A stretch of 64,000 bases of DNA. Source: Alphaproteobacteria bacterium (GTDB lineage: Bacteria > Pseudomonadota > Alphaproteobacteria > SHVW01). Under the pieces are notes generated by a model, which saw nothing but the letters and a program-made list of their open reading frames with translations, made no database searches and was not told the DNA's origin. A program made the position numbers and the translations under genes. Of the stretch, positions 1-8,725 are shown piece by piece. The DNA lies in NCBI GenBank assembly GCA_009694085.1, contig SHVW01000001.1, positions 8,164 to 72,163 on the forward strand, given 5' to 3'. Every line of letters begins with the position of its first letter. Positions within the stretch are counted from its first letter, which is position 1.

Positions 1-228
1 GGCGGCGGCACGCGCGCGACATTCGCGCCGGTCAGGCCGGCCGCGGTGCCGGTCTTCAATCCCGATGCCATCGACGCCAATGGCGAGGGCATCGTGTCCC
101 GGCCCAATGTCGAACTGGAAAACGAAATCACGGATCAGATTCTATCCGTGCGGTCTTTCCAGGCTAATCTGAAAACCGTTCAGGCCGCTGACGAAATCAC
201 AAAATCCCTGCTCGATATCAAGAGCTAG
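1..228 (+). CDS. Flagellar basal-body rod/hook C-terminal domain protein (FlgC-like), 5'-partial
   Basis: Frame open from base 1; C-terminus PNVELENEITDQILSVRSFQANLKTVQAADEITKSLLDI matches the Flg_bbr_C pattern. Confidence 0.75.
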   Translation, partial: GGGTRATFAPVRPAAVPVFNPDAIDANGEGIVSRPNVELENEITDQILSVRSFQANLKTVQAADEITKSLLDIKS

Positions 229-231
229 ATT

Positions 232-633
232 TCAGCCTGCTGCCCGCAACAGCGCTTGTACGATCGCAACCAGCGATCCCAGCAACATGAACGACGAGGT
301 CGCCAAACCGATCACGAATCCCGGCCCGCGCGCCTTAGGATCGGCAAGATAGCCGCGGGCATACATGACGCGGCCGACCAGCCAGAGCGATCCCAGTGCG
401 GCGGCCCAATCGACCGAGACGGTCAGAGCGAATAGCCACAGCGCGGGCAGGAAATAGACGAACTGCTCCAGCGTGTTTTGCTGAACGCGAAAGGCGCGCT
501 CGAAATCGGGGTGGCCCGTGATCGCGGGCGCGGCAACGCTGTGTTTGACGCGCATGCGGCCGACATTGTAGGTCAGGCCGATATAGAGCAGCAGGGCCAG
601 GCAGGTCATCAGGCTCGGCAATAGCGGGGGCAT
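232..633 (-). CDS. MAPEG family membrane protein
   Basis: FERAFRVQQNTLE motif, GR..YARGY, hydrophobic helices. Confidence 0.9.
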   Translation of the reverse strand: MPPLLPSLMTCLALLLYIGLTYNVGRMRVKHSVAAPAITGHPDFERAFRVQQNTLEQFVYFLPALWLFALTVSVDWAAALGSLWLVGRVMYARGYLADPKARGPGFVIGLATSSFMLLGSLVAIVQALLRAAG

Positions 634-643
634 GATCGTTCTC

Positions 644-1069
644 CTAGTAGGCGGCGCGGTCGAGCGCGCGAATCAACGCTTCGAAGGGCAGCAGGACGCA
701 ATCGTGTCGGCTCTTGTGAGCGGCGACGGGCTGAAATGCGGTTAGCTCTGGCCAGCCATCGATCGGATCGACGGTGCACAATTTTAGCATGGCCTGGAGG
801 CCGGCGCGTACCTGGACGATCTCGCCGGCCGTGCGCCCCGGCGCCCGCGAACCGATCGCCGATGCAGCAGCCCGGCACAGCAGGCAACCGCGCACGTCGT
901 GAGCAAGCCGGGCGATGCGATTGTCCGTCAGCTCGACGTCCATGGTCACGCGGTCGCCGCACAGGGGGTTGTCGACGGTCTCGCACGCATCCGGGTGTTC
1001 CAGTTTCCCGGCGCCGGTTGCCGCTTTCGCCAGGGTGGTGATCGCCTGCTGATAAAGATCATCGCTCAT
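644..1069 (-). CDS. SufU/NifU-N type sulfur-acceptor/scaffold protein
   Basis: NPLCGD, GC..C.AAAS and R..CVLLP motifs; 4-bp overlap with the cysteine desulfurase. Confidence 0.88.
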   Translation of the reverse strand: MSDDLYQQAITTLAKAATGAGKLEHPDACETVDNPLCGDRVTMDVELTDNRIARLAHDVRGCLLCRAAASAIGSRAPGRTAGEIVQVRAGLQAMLKLCTVDPIDGWPELTAFQPVAAHKSRHDCVLLPFEALIRALDRAAY

Positions 1070-2298
1070 CGCAGACGCGCCGCCGCGTCGGCGAGCCCAG
1101 CGAGAAAGGCGTCCACATCGTCATCGCCATTGTATGGCGCCAGGCTGGCCCGGGTCGAACCGTTGACACCGAAACGGGCGTGCAGGGGCTGAGCGCAGTG
1201 ATGCCCGCCACGGCAGGCGACGTTGTGGGTGTCCAGAATCTGGGACACGTCGTGGGGGTGGGCACCGTCGAGTACCACGGAGACCACGCCCAGGCGGCCC
1301 TGCAAGCCCGTCGGACCGATCACATGCGCGCCGGTTATGGCGGACAAGCCGTCCAATATGCGTCCGGTCAGGCGCTTCTCATGCTCGGTCGCCGCCTGCC
1401 AATCAAGTCCTGCAATCCAATCGACGGCGGCGGCGAGACCGATAGCCGCGCCGATCGGCGGCGTGCCCGCCTCAAAGCGCCGGGGAGGAGTCGCATAGGT
1501 CGTTCTTTCCAACGTGACCTGCTCAATCATACCGCCGCCGCCGAGAAACGGCGGCAGGGCAGCCAACAGATCGGGCCGTCCCCAGAGCACGCCGATACCG
1601 TGGGGCGCGAACATCTTGTGGCCGGAGAAGGCGTAGAAATCGCATCCCAGGGCGAGCAAATCGAGCGGTCCGTGGGGGATGCGCTGAGCGCCATCCAGCA
1701 GCACGCGCGCGCCCATGGCGCGGGCCGCTGCCGCCACCGGTGCCGGATCGAGAACGGCGCCGGTCACGTTGGAGGCATGGGCGAGCGCGATCAACCGGCA
1801 CTTTTTGGTTACGACCCGATCGAGCGCGGTCAGATCGATCGTGCCTTCCGCGGTCACGGGCAAAGCCCTGAGCACGAGGCCGCGCCGCTGGGCCAACATC
1901 TGCCAGGGCACGATATTGCCGTGATGCTCCAATTCGGAGATCACGATCTCGTCGCCGGCGGAGAGCGTCTCACCCAGCGCGTGGGCGACCGTATTGATCG
2001 CGGCCGTGGTACCCGATGTGAAGACGATGCCATCGGGAGTTACGCCGAGATAGCGCGCAACCGCCGCGCGCGCGCCGTCATAGGCGTTGGTCGCGGCCTC
2101 GGCCAGGCGATGGACGCCGCGATGGACGTTGGCGCGCTGGGTTGTCTCGAAGCGGATGACGGCGTCGAGCACCGCTTGGGGCATTTGGGCCGATGCGGCA
2201 TTGTCGAGATAGTGGACGCGTTTTCCGTCCGGCCCTGTCGCTAGAATCGGAAATTGCGCGCGGATGGCGGCGGGATCGAAGCGAGCCATGGCATTCAC
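1066..2298 (-). CDS. sufS: Group II (SufS/CsdA-like) cysteine desulfurase
   Basis: YLDNAASAQ, FSGHKM (PLP lysine), RGGHHCAQP; start could be ATG at 2289. Confidence 0.9.
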   Translation of the reverse strand: MNAMARFDPAAIRAQFPILATGPDGKRVHYLDNAASAQMPQAVLDAVIRFETTQRANVHRGVHRLAEAATNAYDGARAAVARYLGVTPDGIVFTSGTTAAINTVAHALGETLSAGDEIVISELEHHGNIVPWQMLAQRRGLVLRALPVTAEGTIDLTALDRVVTKKCRLIALAHASNVTGAVLDPAPVAAAARAMGARVLLDGAQRIPHGPLDLLALGCDFYAFSGHKMFAPHGIGVLWGRPDLLAALPPFLGGGGMIEQVTLERTTYATPPRRFEAGTPPIGAAIGLAAAVDWIAGLDWQAATEHEKRLTGRILDGLSAITGAHVIGPTGLQGRLGVVSVVLDGAHPHDVSQILDTHNVACRGGHHCAQPLHARFGVNGSTRASLAPYNGDDDVDAFLAGLADAAARLR

Positions 2299-3968
2299 GC
2301 CTCGCGCGCCGCCGATTTGAGCGTCGCCAGCGCTTGGGGCGTGTCGACATCGACGAGCACGCCGTCATCGGCCATCTCGACATCGGCGACCAGTTCGCCA
2401 TGGGCGCCGATCAAGTGGCGTGCGCCGACATCGCCGGCAATCGCGCGCAGCTCGGGGAAGAAACGCTTGTCCCACAGCACGGGATTGCCGCGCTTGCCGC
2501 GATAGGTCGGCACGCAGATCGCCCGGCCTTCCACCGGATCGAAGGCGGCGATCAGCCGGTCGAGCACGGCCGAGCCGACGCGCGGCATGTCGCCGAGGCA
2601 AACGATCACGCCATCCGCCTCGTCGCCTAGCGCGGCCACACCGGCGGCAAGCGACGCGCTGAGGCCGGCGGCGTAGTCGGGGTTGTGGACGATGCGAACG
2701 GGCCGGTCGCCGGCTGCGTCACGCACGGCGCGTTCGACCTCGACCGCCATATGGCCGGTGACAACGATGGGCGCGGCGGCCTTGCTGGCGAGCGCGGTCT
2801 GAACGGCCCAGGCGACCATGGGCTGGCCATCCAGCTCGGCGAGCAACTTGTTGGCGCTGCCCATGCGCGAGGATTTTCCGGCGGCCAGGATCATCACGGC
2901 GATGCGCGGCGCGCGCGGCTTGAGCGCGGCGGCCCCAGCCCGCCCGGCCCCAGCCCGTCCAGCCTCGGCGCGCGGCAGCGGCCGGCTCGGGATTTCCTTG
3001 AGCAGGCCGCCTGTACCCATGAGCATGATGTCGCGGCGCGTCACGGCGATGCCGGCCAGCAGGCGTTGCAACACCCAGTCCAGCCCGTTGAGCTTGGGCG
3101 AGCGGCTGCATCCGGGCATGCCGATGATTTCCGTCGTGTCGCTGAGCCGGCCGATCAGCAGCAGGTTCCCCGGATCGACCGGCATGCCGAAATGCTCGAC
3201 CGTGCCGCCCGCGGCGGCGATGGCGGCGGGTAGCACGTCGCGCCGGTCGGTGACGGCAGAGGCGCCGAAGAGCAGAATCGGTGCGCAACCCTCGGCACGC
3301 AGTTCGACGATGGCATGGGCGACGGCGCCGGCATCGTGGTCGCAACGGATCTCGCGCTGGAGTTGGCTGCCCAGCGCCTCCAGCCGCGCGCGCGTGGCCT
3401 CGGCCGTGCTGTCGAGCACGCTCTCCTTCATGCCGGCTAGGCGCGTCTGCACCAGCCCGGCGGCGCGGGCCTGGAATGGCGCGATCCGAAGCAACGGCCC
3501 GCCCTCGCCGGCAATCGCCGCGCAGGCTTCGACGGCGCGCGTTGGCGCGGCAAACGGAATGATCTTGATCGTCGCCACCATTTGGTGCGGCTCGACCATG
3601 TCATAGGGCGCCAAGGTCGCGATGGTGATCGCCTCGTCCACCAGGTTGAAGCGGTCGATTCGGGCGCGGTCGAGCACCAGCACGCCGGCCGTCTCGGCAA
3701 ACAAATTGGACCGGCCGGTGAAGGCAGCGCTGCGGGTCAGGTGTTGGCCGCAGGCGGATTGGGCCAACCGATTGGCCGCCGCATCTTCGCCCACTTCGTC
3801 CGGCTCCAGCCGGGCCGCTGCCACGCGGGCGATGCCGGCGACACGGAGTGCTGCGATGTCGGCTGCGCTCAACACGCGCCCCTTCTTGAAGGTCTTGCCC
3901 GCGAGCTTGACGCTATGGGCGAGGATGGCGCCCTCGGCCCGTTCCAGCGGTAGGTCGCCGAAGATCAC
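2295..3968 (-). CDS. Fused MoeA-like molybdopterin-binding domain + MocA-like NTP transferase (molybdopterin cytidylyltransferase)
   Basis: MPVDPGNLL...PGCSRSPKLNG N-domain; ILAAGKSSRMG, LGDMP, GNPV, GDVGAR, DVDTP C-domain. Confidence 0.88.
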   Translation of the reverse strand: MIFGDLPLERAEGAILAHSVKLAGKTFKKGRVLSAADIAALRVAGIARVAAARLEPDEVGEDAAANRLAQSACGQHLTRSAAFTGRSNLFAETAGVLVLDRARIDRFNLVDEAITIATLAPYDMVEPHQMVATIKIIPFAAPTRAVEACAAIAGEGGPLLRIAPFQARAAGLVQTRLAGMKESVLDSTAEATRARLEALGSQLQREIRCDHDAGAVAHAIVELRAEGCAPILLFGASAVTDRRDVLPAAIAAAGGTVEHFGMPVDPGNLLLIGRLSDTTEIIGMPGCSRSPKLNGLDWVLQRLLAGIAVTRRDIMLMGTGGLLKEIPSRPLPRAEAGRAGAGRAGAAALKPRAPRIAVMILAAGKSSRMGSANKLLAELDGQPMVAWAVQTALASKAAAPIVVTGHMAVEVERAVRDAAGDRPVRIVHNPDYAAGLSASLAAGVAALGDEADGVIVCLGDMPRVGSAVLDRLIAAFDPVEGRAICVPTYRGKRGNPVLWDKRFFPELRAIAGDVGARHLIGAHGELVADVEMADDGVLVDVDTPQALATLKSAAREA

Positions 3969-4663
3969 GACGCGGCCTCTGCGCGACCGCGCCGCGCCTG
4001 GGTGATCTGGGCCATGATCGAAACAGCGATCTCGGCTGGCGACGCCGCGCCGATGGCGAGCCCGACGGGCCCATGGATGCGGGCGATCTGGGCGTCCGTC
4101 GCGCCGGCCTCCTTGAGACGGCCAAGACGGGCGGCGTGGGTCTTGCGGCTGCCCAGCGCGCCGATATAGAAGGCGTCCGACGCGAGCGCCGCCGCGAGCG
4201 CGGGATCGTCGAGCTTAGGATCGTGGGTCAGGGTGACGACCGCCGTGCGGCTGTCCGGTTTCAGGCGCGCCATGGCCTCGTCGGGCCATTCCGTGGAGAG
4301 ATCGAGATCGGGAAAGCGGGCATCGCTGGCAAAGGCGCGGCGCGGGTCGACCACGCTGACCGCATAGCCCGCGAGCGCCGCCATGGGGGCCAGCGCTTGG
4401 GCGATATGCACGGCGCCGACCAGGATCAGGCGAACCGGCGGGGTGAAGACCTGGATGAATAATCGGCCTTCTGGCGCGTCGAGGGTGCCACTGCGATCGT
4501 CTTGGATCGCGCGGCCAACGGCCGCTTTGATGTCGTCAGATAGCGAGGTCGCGGCATCGGGATAGACGATGGTCTGTGCACCCGTGGCCAAATCGGTCAC
4601 CAACGCCATGGCGCGCTTGGCGGCGCGCGCCTGCAACAATTCGTCGAGGACAGTGCGCTTCAT
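3965..4663 (-). CDS. XdhC/CoxF family Moco-insertion chaperone (C-terminal Rossmann domain)
   Basis: VGAVHIAQ, THDPKLDD, YIGALGSRK, GPVGL.IGA.SP.EIAVSI. Confidence 0.9.
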   Translation of the reverse strand: MKRTVLDELLQARAAKRAMALVTDLATGAQTIVYPDAATSLSDDIKAAVGRAIQDDRSGTLDAPEGRLFIQVFTPPVRLILVGAVHIAQALAPMAALAGYAVSVVDPRRAFASDARFPDLDLSTEWPDEAMARLKPDSRTAVVTLTHDPKLDDPALAAALASDAFYIGALGSRKTHAARLGRLKEAGATDAQIARIHGPVGLAIGAASPAEIAVSIMAQITQARRGRAEAAS

Positions 4664-4998
4664 TCCACGCGCTCGACCATGACCCGGACCTTGCCGCCGC
4701 AGGCGAGCCCGACTTCCCAGGCCTGTTCGTTGCTGACGCCGAAATCGAGCAGACGGATGCGGCCGTCGCGGATCGCCTCCAGGCCTTCGCGGATCACCGC
4801 GCCCTCGATGCAGCCGCCGCTGACCGAACCGACGAAGGCGCCGCTATCGTCGATGGCGATCTGGCTGCCGGCGGGCCGGGGCGAGGAGCCCCAGGTCGAT
4901 ACCACCGTGGCCAGAGCCACGCCCTTGCCGGACGCGCGCCAGCTCCGGGCGCGGGCGAGTACGTCGTCGCTGCTGGCGTGCAAGCCTGTGTCCGTCAT
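4660..4998 (-). CDS. XdhC/CoxI family N-terminal domain protein
   Basis: TWGSSPRPAGS, GSVSGGCIE, VGLACGG. Confidence 0.9.
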   Translation of the reverse strand: MTDTGLHASSDDVLARARSWRASGKGVALATVVSTWGSSPRPAGSQIAIDDSGAFVGSVSGGCIEGAVIREGLEAIRDGRIRLLDFGVSNEQAWEVGLACGGKVRVMVERVE

Positions 4999-6251
4999 AC
5001 CGCCTCCTTTATCCCGCCGGTCCAGCTCGATGCCGCTTCCTCGCGCCTCGCACCGGGGCGCTCCAGGGCGGCGGCGAGTTGGGACAGGCTCTCCAGATTG
5101 TGAACGGTCCGGAAATCGTCCACATGGGGCAGGATCGCCTTGATCCCCAGAGATTTGGGCTCGAACCCTTCAAAACGCAACAGGGGGTTAAGCCAGATCA
5201 GGCGCCGGCAGGATTTGTGCAGGCGTTCCATGGCCTGGGCCAGCCCATCGCCGGCATCGCGATCGAGCCCGTCGGAGATCAGCAGGACGATGGCGCCCTG
5301 GGCCAGCACCCGGCGCGACCAGCGGCGATTGAATTCGTCGATGCAATGGCCGATGCGGGTGCCGCCGGACCAATCCTCGACCACGTCGGCGACCCGGTCG
5401 AGCGCCTCGTCCACGTCGCGCCGGCGCAGGTGACGCGTGATGTGGGTCAACCGTGTGCCGAACAGGAAGGTGAACACGCGGTCGCGGTCATTGGTCACGG
5501 CATGGAGGAAATGCAGCAGCATGCGCGAATAGCGCCCCATGGAGCCGGAAATGTCGCACAGCGCCACCAGCGGCGGCGGCCGCGTGCGCCGACGCCGGCG
5601 CTTGAGGTCGATGATGTCGGCGCCGCCGCGCAGCGCCGCCCGAAGTGTCGCCCGCATGTCGGCGCGGGGGCCGTGGGGATCGGGGCGGAAGCGCCGGGTC
5701 GGCACGAGCTGGATCGGCAGGCGCAGTCGCCGGAGCGCGCGCTTGGCCTCGGCCAGCTCGGCATTCGACATTTTGTCGAAATCCATGGTCTGCAAGACTT
5801 CGCGGTTGGACCAGGTCATGGTGGTGTCCACCACCATTTCGTCCTGGCGTTCATGCGGCGTCTTGCTGTCGGCGCCCTGCTGCATGGCCTCGGCCACGCG
5901 CCGGTTGAGTTCAGGTGCGTTCTCCTCGGTTGCGCCGCGGAATTCCGGCAGCATCATCGCCATCATGCGTTCCATGATGCGCGGATTGCGCCAGAACAGG
6001 TGAAAGGCCTGGTCAAACAAATCGCGCTGGTCGCGCCGGTTGATGAGTGCGGCATGAAGCGCCCAGTAGAAATCGTCGCGCCGCGCCAAGCCCACGGTCT
6101 CGACCGCCCGGATCGCCTCGATCACGCGCCCGGGACCCACGGGCAGGCCGGCCGCGCGTAGCACGCGGCCGAAATGCATGATATTGGCGGCGAGGCGGCC
6201 GCCGGTGGCGGAGATGGGCCGGTCAGCCCCGGAGTTTGGCCAGCCGGTCAC
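4995..6251 (-). CDS. coxE: CoxE-like VWA domain protein
   Basis: CDISGSM MIDAS, WSGGTRIG, ISDGLD, WLNPL; exact start uncertain. Confidence 0.88.
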   Translation of the reverse strand: MTGWPNSGADRPISATGGRLAANIMHFGRVLRAAGLPVGPGRVIEAIRAVETVGLARRDDFYWALHAALINRRDQRDLFDQAFHLFWRNPRIMERMMAMMLPEFRGATEENAPELNRRVAEAMQQGADSKTPHERQDEMVVDTTMTWSNREVLQTMDFDKMSNAELAEAKRALRRLRLPIQLVPTRRFRPDPHGPRADMRATLRAALRGGADIIDLKRRRRRTRPPPLVALCDISGSMGRYSRMLLHFLHAVTNDRDRVFTFLFGTRLTHITRHLRRRDVDEALDRVADVVEDWSGGTRIGHCIDEFNRRWSRRVLAQGAIVLLISDGLDRDAGDGLAQAMERLHKSCRRLIWLNPLLRFEGFEPKSLGIKAILPHVDDFRTVHNLESLSQLAAALERPGARREEAASSWTGGIKEAV

Positions 6252-6600
6252 GGAGGTTTCTTAGATAGGCGCGATCGGCCGCGGTGAAATTGCCTTCGGC
6301 GATATCGGCCTTGAGGTCGGTCAGTATCTCGCGCGTGTCGGCGTTAAGGTCGTCGCCGGCGAGCAGGTGATCGATGAGCGCGGCATCGTCGGCCGCTTCC
6401 CCGGGCGGCAGCGGGTGTGCCGGCGCGGGCGCATCGTCGTCGGCTTGACCGGGCGGCGGGCTGAGCAACGAATCCCAGCCGGTGCCGGAGGCCTTGACCC
6501 GGCGGTCGACCTCGCGCGCGGCGGCGAGGGCGTCGGCGTCATTGGCGTCGCCGAGCTGATTCAGCAGGCGGATGAAATCGTCGCGATTGAGATGGGGCAT
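6223..6600 (-). CDS. Hypothetical helical protein between coxD and coxE
   Basis: 125-aa ORF with host-like codon use filling the gap in the operon. Confidence 0.7.
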   Translation of the reverse strand: MPHLNRDDFIRLLNQLGDANDADALAAAREVDRRVKASGTGWDSLLSPPPGQADDDAPAPAHPLPPGEAADDAALIDHLLAGDDLNADTREILTDLKADIAEGNFTAADRAYLRNLRDRLAKLRG

Positions 6601-6620
6601 GGGTCGTTCTTCTATCCGGT

Positions 6621-7580
6621 CTAGATTGCTTGGAGTTGGGCGATCTCGGCCTTGACCTGGTCGAGCAGGCGGTTGGCCTCGCTGCCCTGGAGCTTGGCGA
6701 TGTCGTCCTGGTATTTGAGCAGCACGCCGAGCGTGTTGTTGATGGTCTCGGGGTCGAGCGACAGGCGGTCGAGTTGGACTAGCGCCTGGGTCCAGTCGAT
6801 GGTCTCGGCCACGCCGGGCAGCTTGAACAAATCCATGCCGCGCAGCTTCTGCACGAAGGAGACGACCTGCTGGCTGAGGCGCGCGTCGGCGCCGGGCGCC
6901 TTGAGGCGGAGGATCTCCAGTTCGCGTTTGGCGTCGGGGTAATCGACCCAGTAGTAAAAGCAGCGGCGCTTCAGCGCGTCGTGAATCTCGCGGGTCCGGT
7001 TGGAGGTGACGATCACGATTGGCGGCTCGGCCGCCGCGACCGTGCCGATCTCGGGAATCGTGATCTGCCAGTCCGACAGGATTTCCAGCAGATAGGCCTC
7101 GAACGGCTCGTCCGTGCGGTCCAGCTCGTCGATCAGCAGCACGGGGGCGCCGGCCGGATCGGGTTTCAAGGCCTGGAGCAGCGGGCGCTCGATCAGGAAA
7201 CGTTCGGCGAAGACATCGGCGCCGAGCTTGGTACGATCGGCGCTCTTGTCCGCCGCCTCGGCAAGCCTAATCTCGATCATCTGGCGCGCGTAGTTCCACT
7301 CATAGACCGCCGAGGCGACGTCGAGGCCCTCATAGCATTGCAGCCGGATCAGACGGCGCCCGAGCGTGGCGGCCAGCACCTTGGCGATCTCGGTCTTGCC
7401 GACCCCGGCCTCGCCCTCCAGGAACAGCGGGCGCTTCAGGCTGAGCGCCAGATAGAGCGCGGTCGCCAGGCTGCGGTCGGCGACATAGGCGCCCGATTTG
7501 AGCAGCTCGACCGTCTCGTCGACAGAAACCGGGACGGCGTGCGCGCGGGGCTTGGCGGGCAGGGTAGCGGCGGCGGTCAT
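6621..7580 (-). CDS. coxD: CoxD-like MoxR AAA+ ATPase
   Basis: GEAGVGKT Walker A, LLIDELD Walker B, TSNRTRE.HDALKRRC. Confidence 0.92.
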   Translation of the reverse strand: MTAAATLPAKPRAHAVPVSVDETVELLKSGAYVADRSLATALYLALSLKRPLFLEGEAGVGKTEIAKVLAATLGRRLIRLQCYEGLDVASAVYEWNYARQMIEIRLAEAADKSADRTKLGADVFAERFLIERPLLQALKPDPAGAPVLLIDELDRTDEPFEAYLLEILSDWQITIPEIGTVAAAEPPIVIVTSNRTREIHDALKRRCFYYWVDYPDAKRELEILRLKAPGADARLSQQVVSFVQKLRGMDLFKLPGVAETIDWTQALVQLDRLSLDPETINNTLGVLLKYQDDIAKLQGSEANRLLDQVKAEIAQLQAI

Positions 7581-7683
7581 GATCTAGGGGCGGGCCTTCC
7601 GGGTTCGGCAGGGCCCGACAATAGTTAAAAAACCGGCTGAGGGAAACCCCGGTTTGGCAATGTGTGCGCCGCCGGGGCTCGGT

Positions 7684-8718
7684 TCAGCCGCAGGCCGATT
7701 TGAAGTTGCGGAACCAATTGCCGCCCATGATGGCGGCGGCGGCGTCGCGGCTGTAGCCCCGGTCGAACAGGCCCTGGGTGAAATTCGGCAGGAGGCGAAT
7801 GGTATCGAGGCCCCTGGGGTAACTGACCGTAAAAAACTCCTCCGGCGTGCCGAAGATATCGGGGCGCAGCCGTCGCCATTTCGGCACCTCGTGCTTGACC
7901 CCGCTCTTTCGGAACGCCTCTTGATAACCCTCGGTCAGATCAAGCCCGATGCCAACATGACGCGGGCCGACCAGTTTCACGAAATGGTCGAGATGATCGA
8001 GCATATGGCCGATGGTGGCACCTTTCGGCCAGACCGATTTGGTCAGGCCGCACACGCCAATAGCGCCACCCTTGCGCGCCATGGCGATGATCGTTTCGTC
8101 CTTGGTGTTGCGGTCGTTCGGATTGACCGTGTAGGCGTTGGAATGGGTGCACACCGGGTGCTTGGCGAGCTGGGTCGCTTCAGCGCGCGTGCGGTGGCCG
8201 CAATGGGACAGGTCGAGCAGCATGGGCAGGCCGTTGACCACCTCGATCAGCTCGCGGCCGAGGAAGCTGACACCTGCATCGCGGGTTTCGCCGCAGCCAT
8301 CGGCGAAGAGATTGGCGCCGGTATAGGCCAGGCCGAAATAGCGGATGCCCAGGCGGTGCAGCAGTTCAACCCGCCACAGGGAGGTCTCGATCATGGAGGC
8401 GCCTTGGGTGCCGAGGATGATCGCGACCTTGCCGGCCTTCTTTGCCTTGACGATGTCGGCAGCGCACGTCGCCTGGACCAGCACCGGGCTTGCCTCGATC
8501 TTCTCCGCCGCCGCCTCGACCAGGCGCAGCACCTGATCCCAAGAATCGGACTCGTCCGTGATGGTCAGGTTGGTGGCGTTGACCCCGGCCTCCAGAACGC
8601 GCGTGGCATAGGGCTCGTCCAGGATGTAGTCGAGCGACAGACAGTCGAACACCAGGGTGTCCCAATGGAAGGCCAGGGTCTCGGCGCCGGCCCTCAGTCC
8701 GGTCGATCGCTTTACCAT
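7684..8718 (-). CDS. Membrane/renal dipeptidase family (M19) amidohydrolase
   Basis: DLSH, THSN, RN..DE, HVGIGLD, IMGGNW; start taken at the ATG 7 nt after the SBP stop. Confidence 0.85.
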   Translation of the reverse strand: MVKRSTGLRAGAETLAFHWDTLVFDCLSLDYILDEPYATRVLEAGVNATNLTITDESDSWDQVLRLVEAAAEKIEASPVLVQATCAADIVKAKKAGKVAIILGTQGASMIETSLWRVELLHRLGIRYFGLAYTGANLFADGCGETRDAGVSFLGRELIEVVNGLPMLLDLSHCGHRTRAEATQLAKHPVCTHSNAYTVNPNDRNTKDETIIAMARKGGAIGVCGLTKSVWPKGATIGHMLDHLDHFVKLVGPRHVGIGLDLTEGYQEAFRKSGVKHEVPKWRRLRPDIFGTPEEFFTVSYPRGLDTIRLLPNFTQGLFDRGYSRDAAAAIMGGNWFRNFKSACG

Positions 8719-8725
8719 GTCGGGC

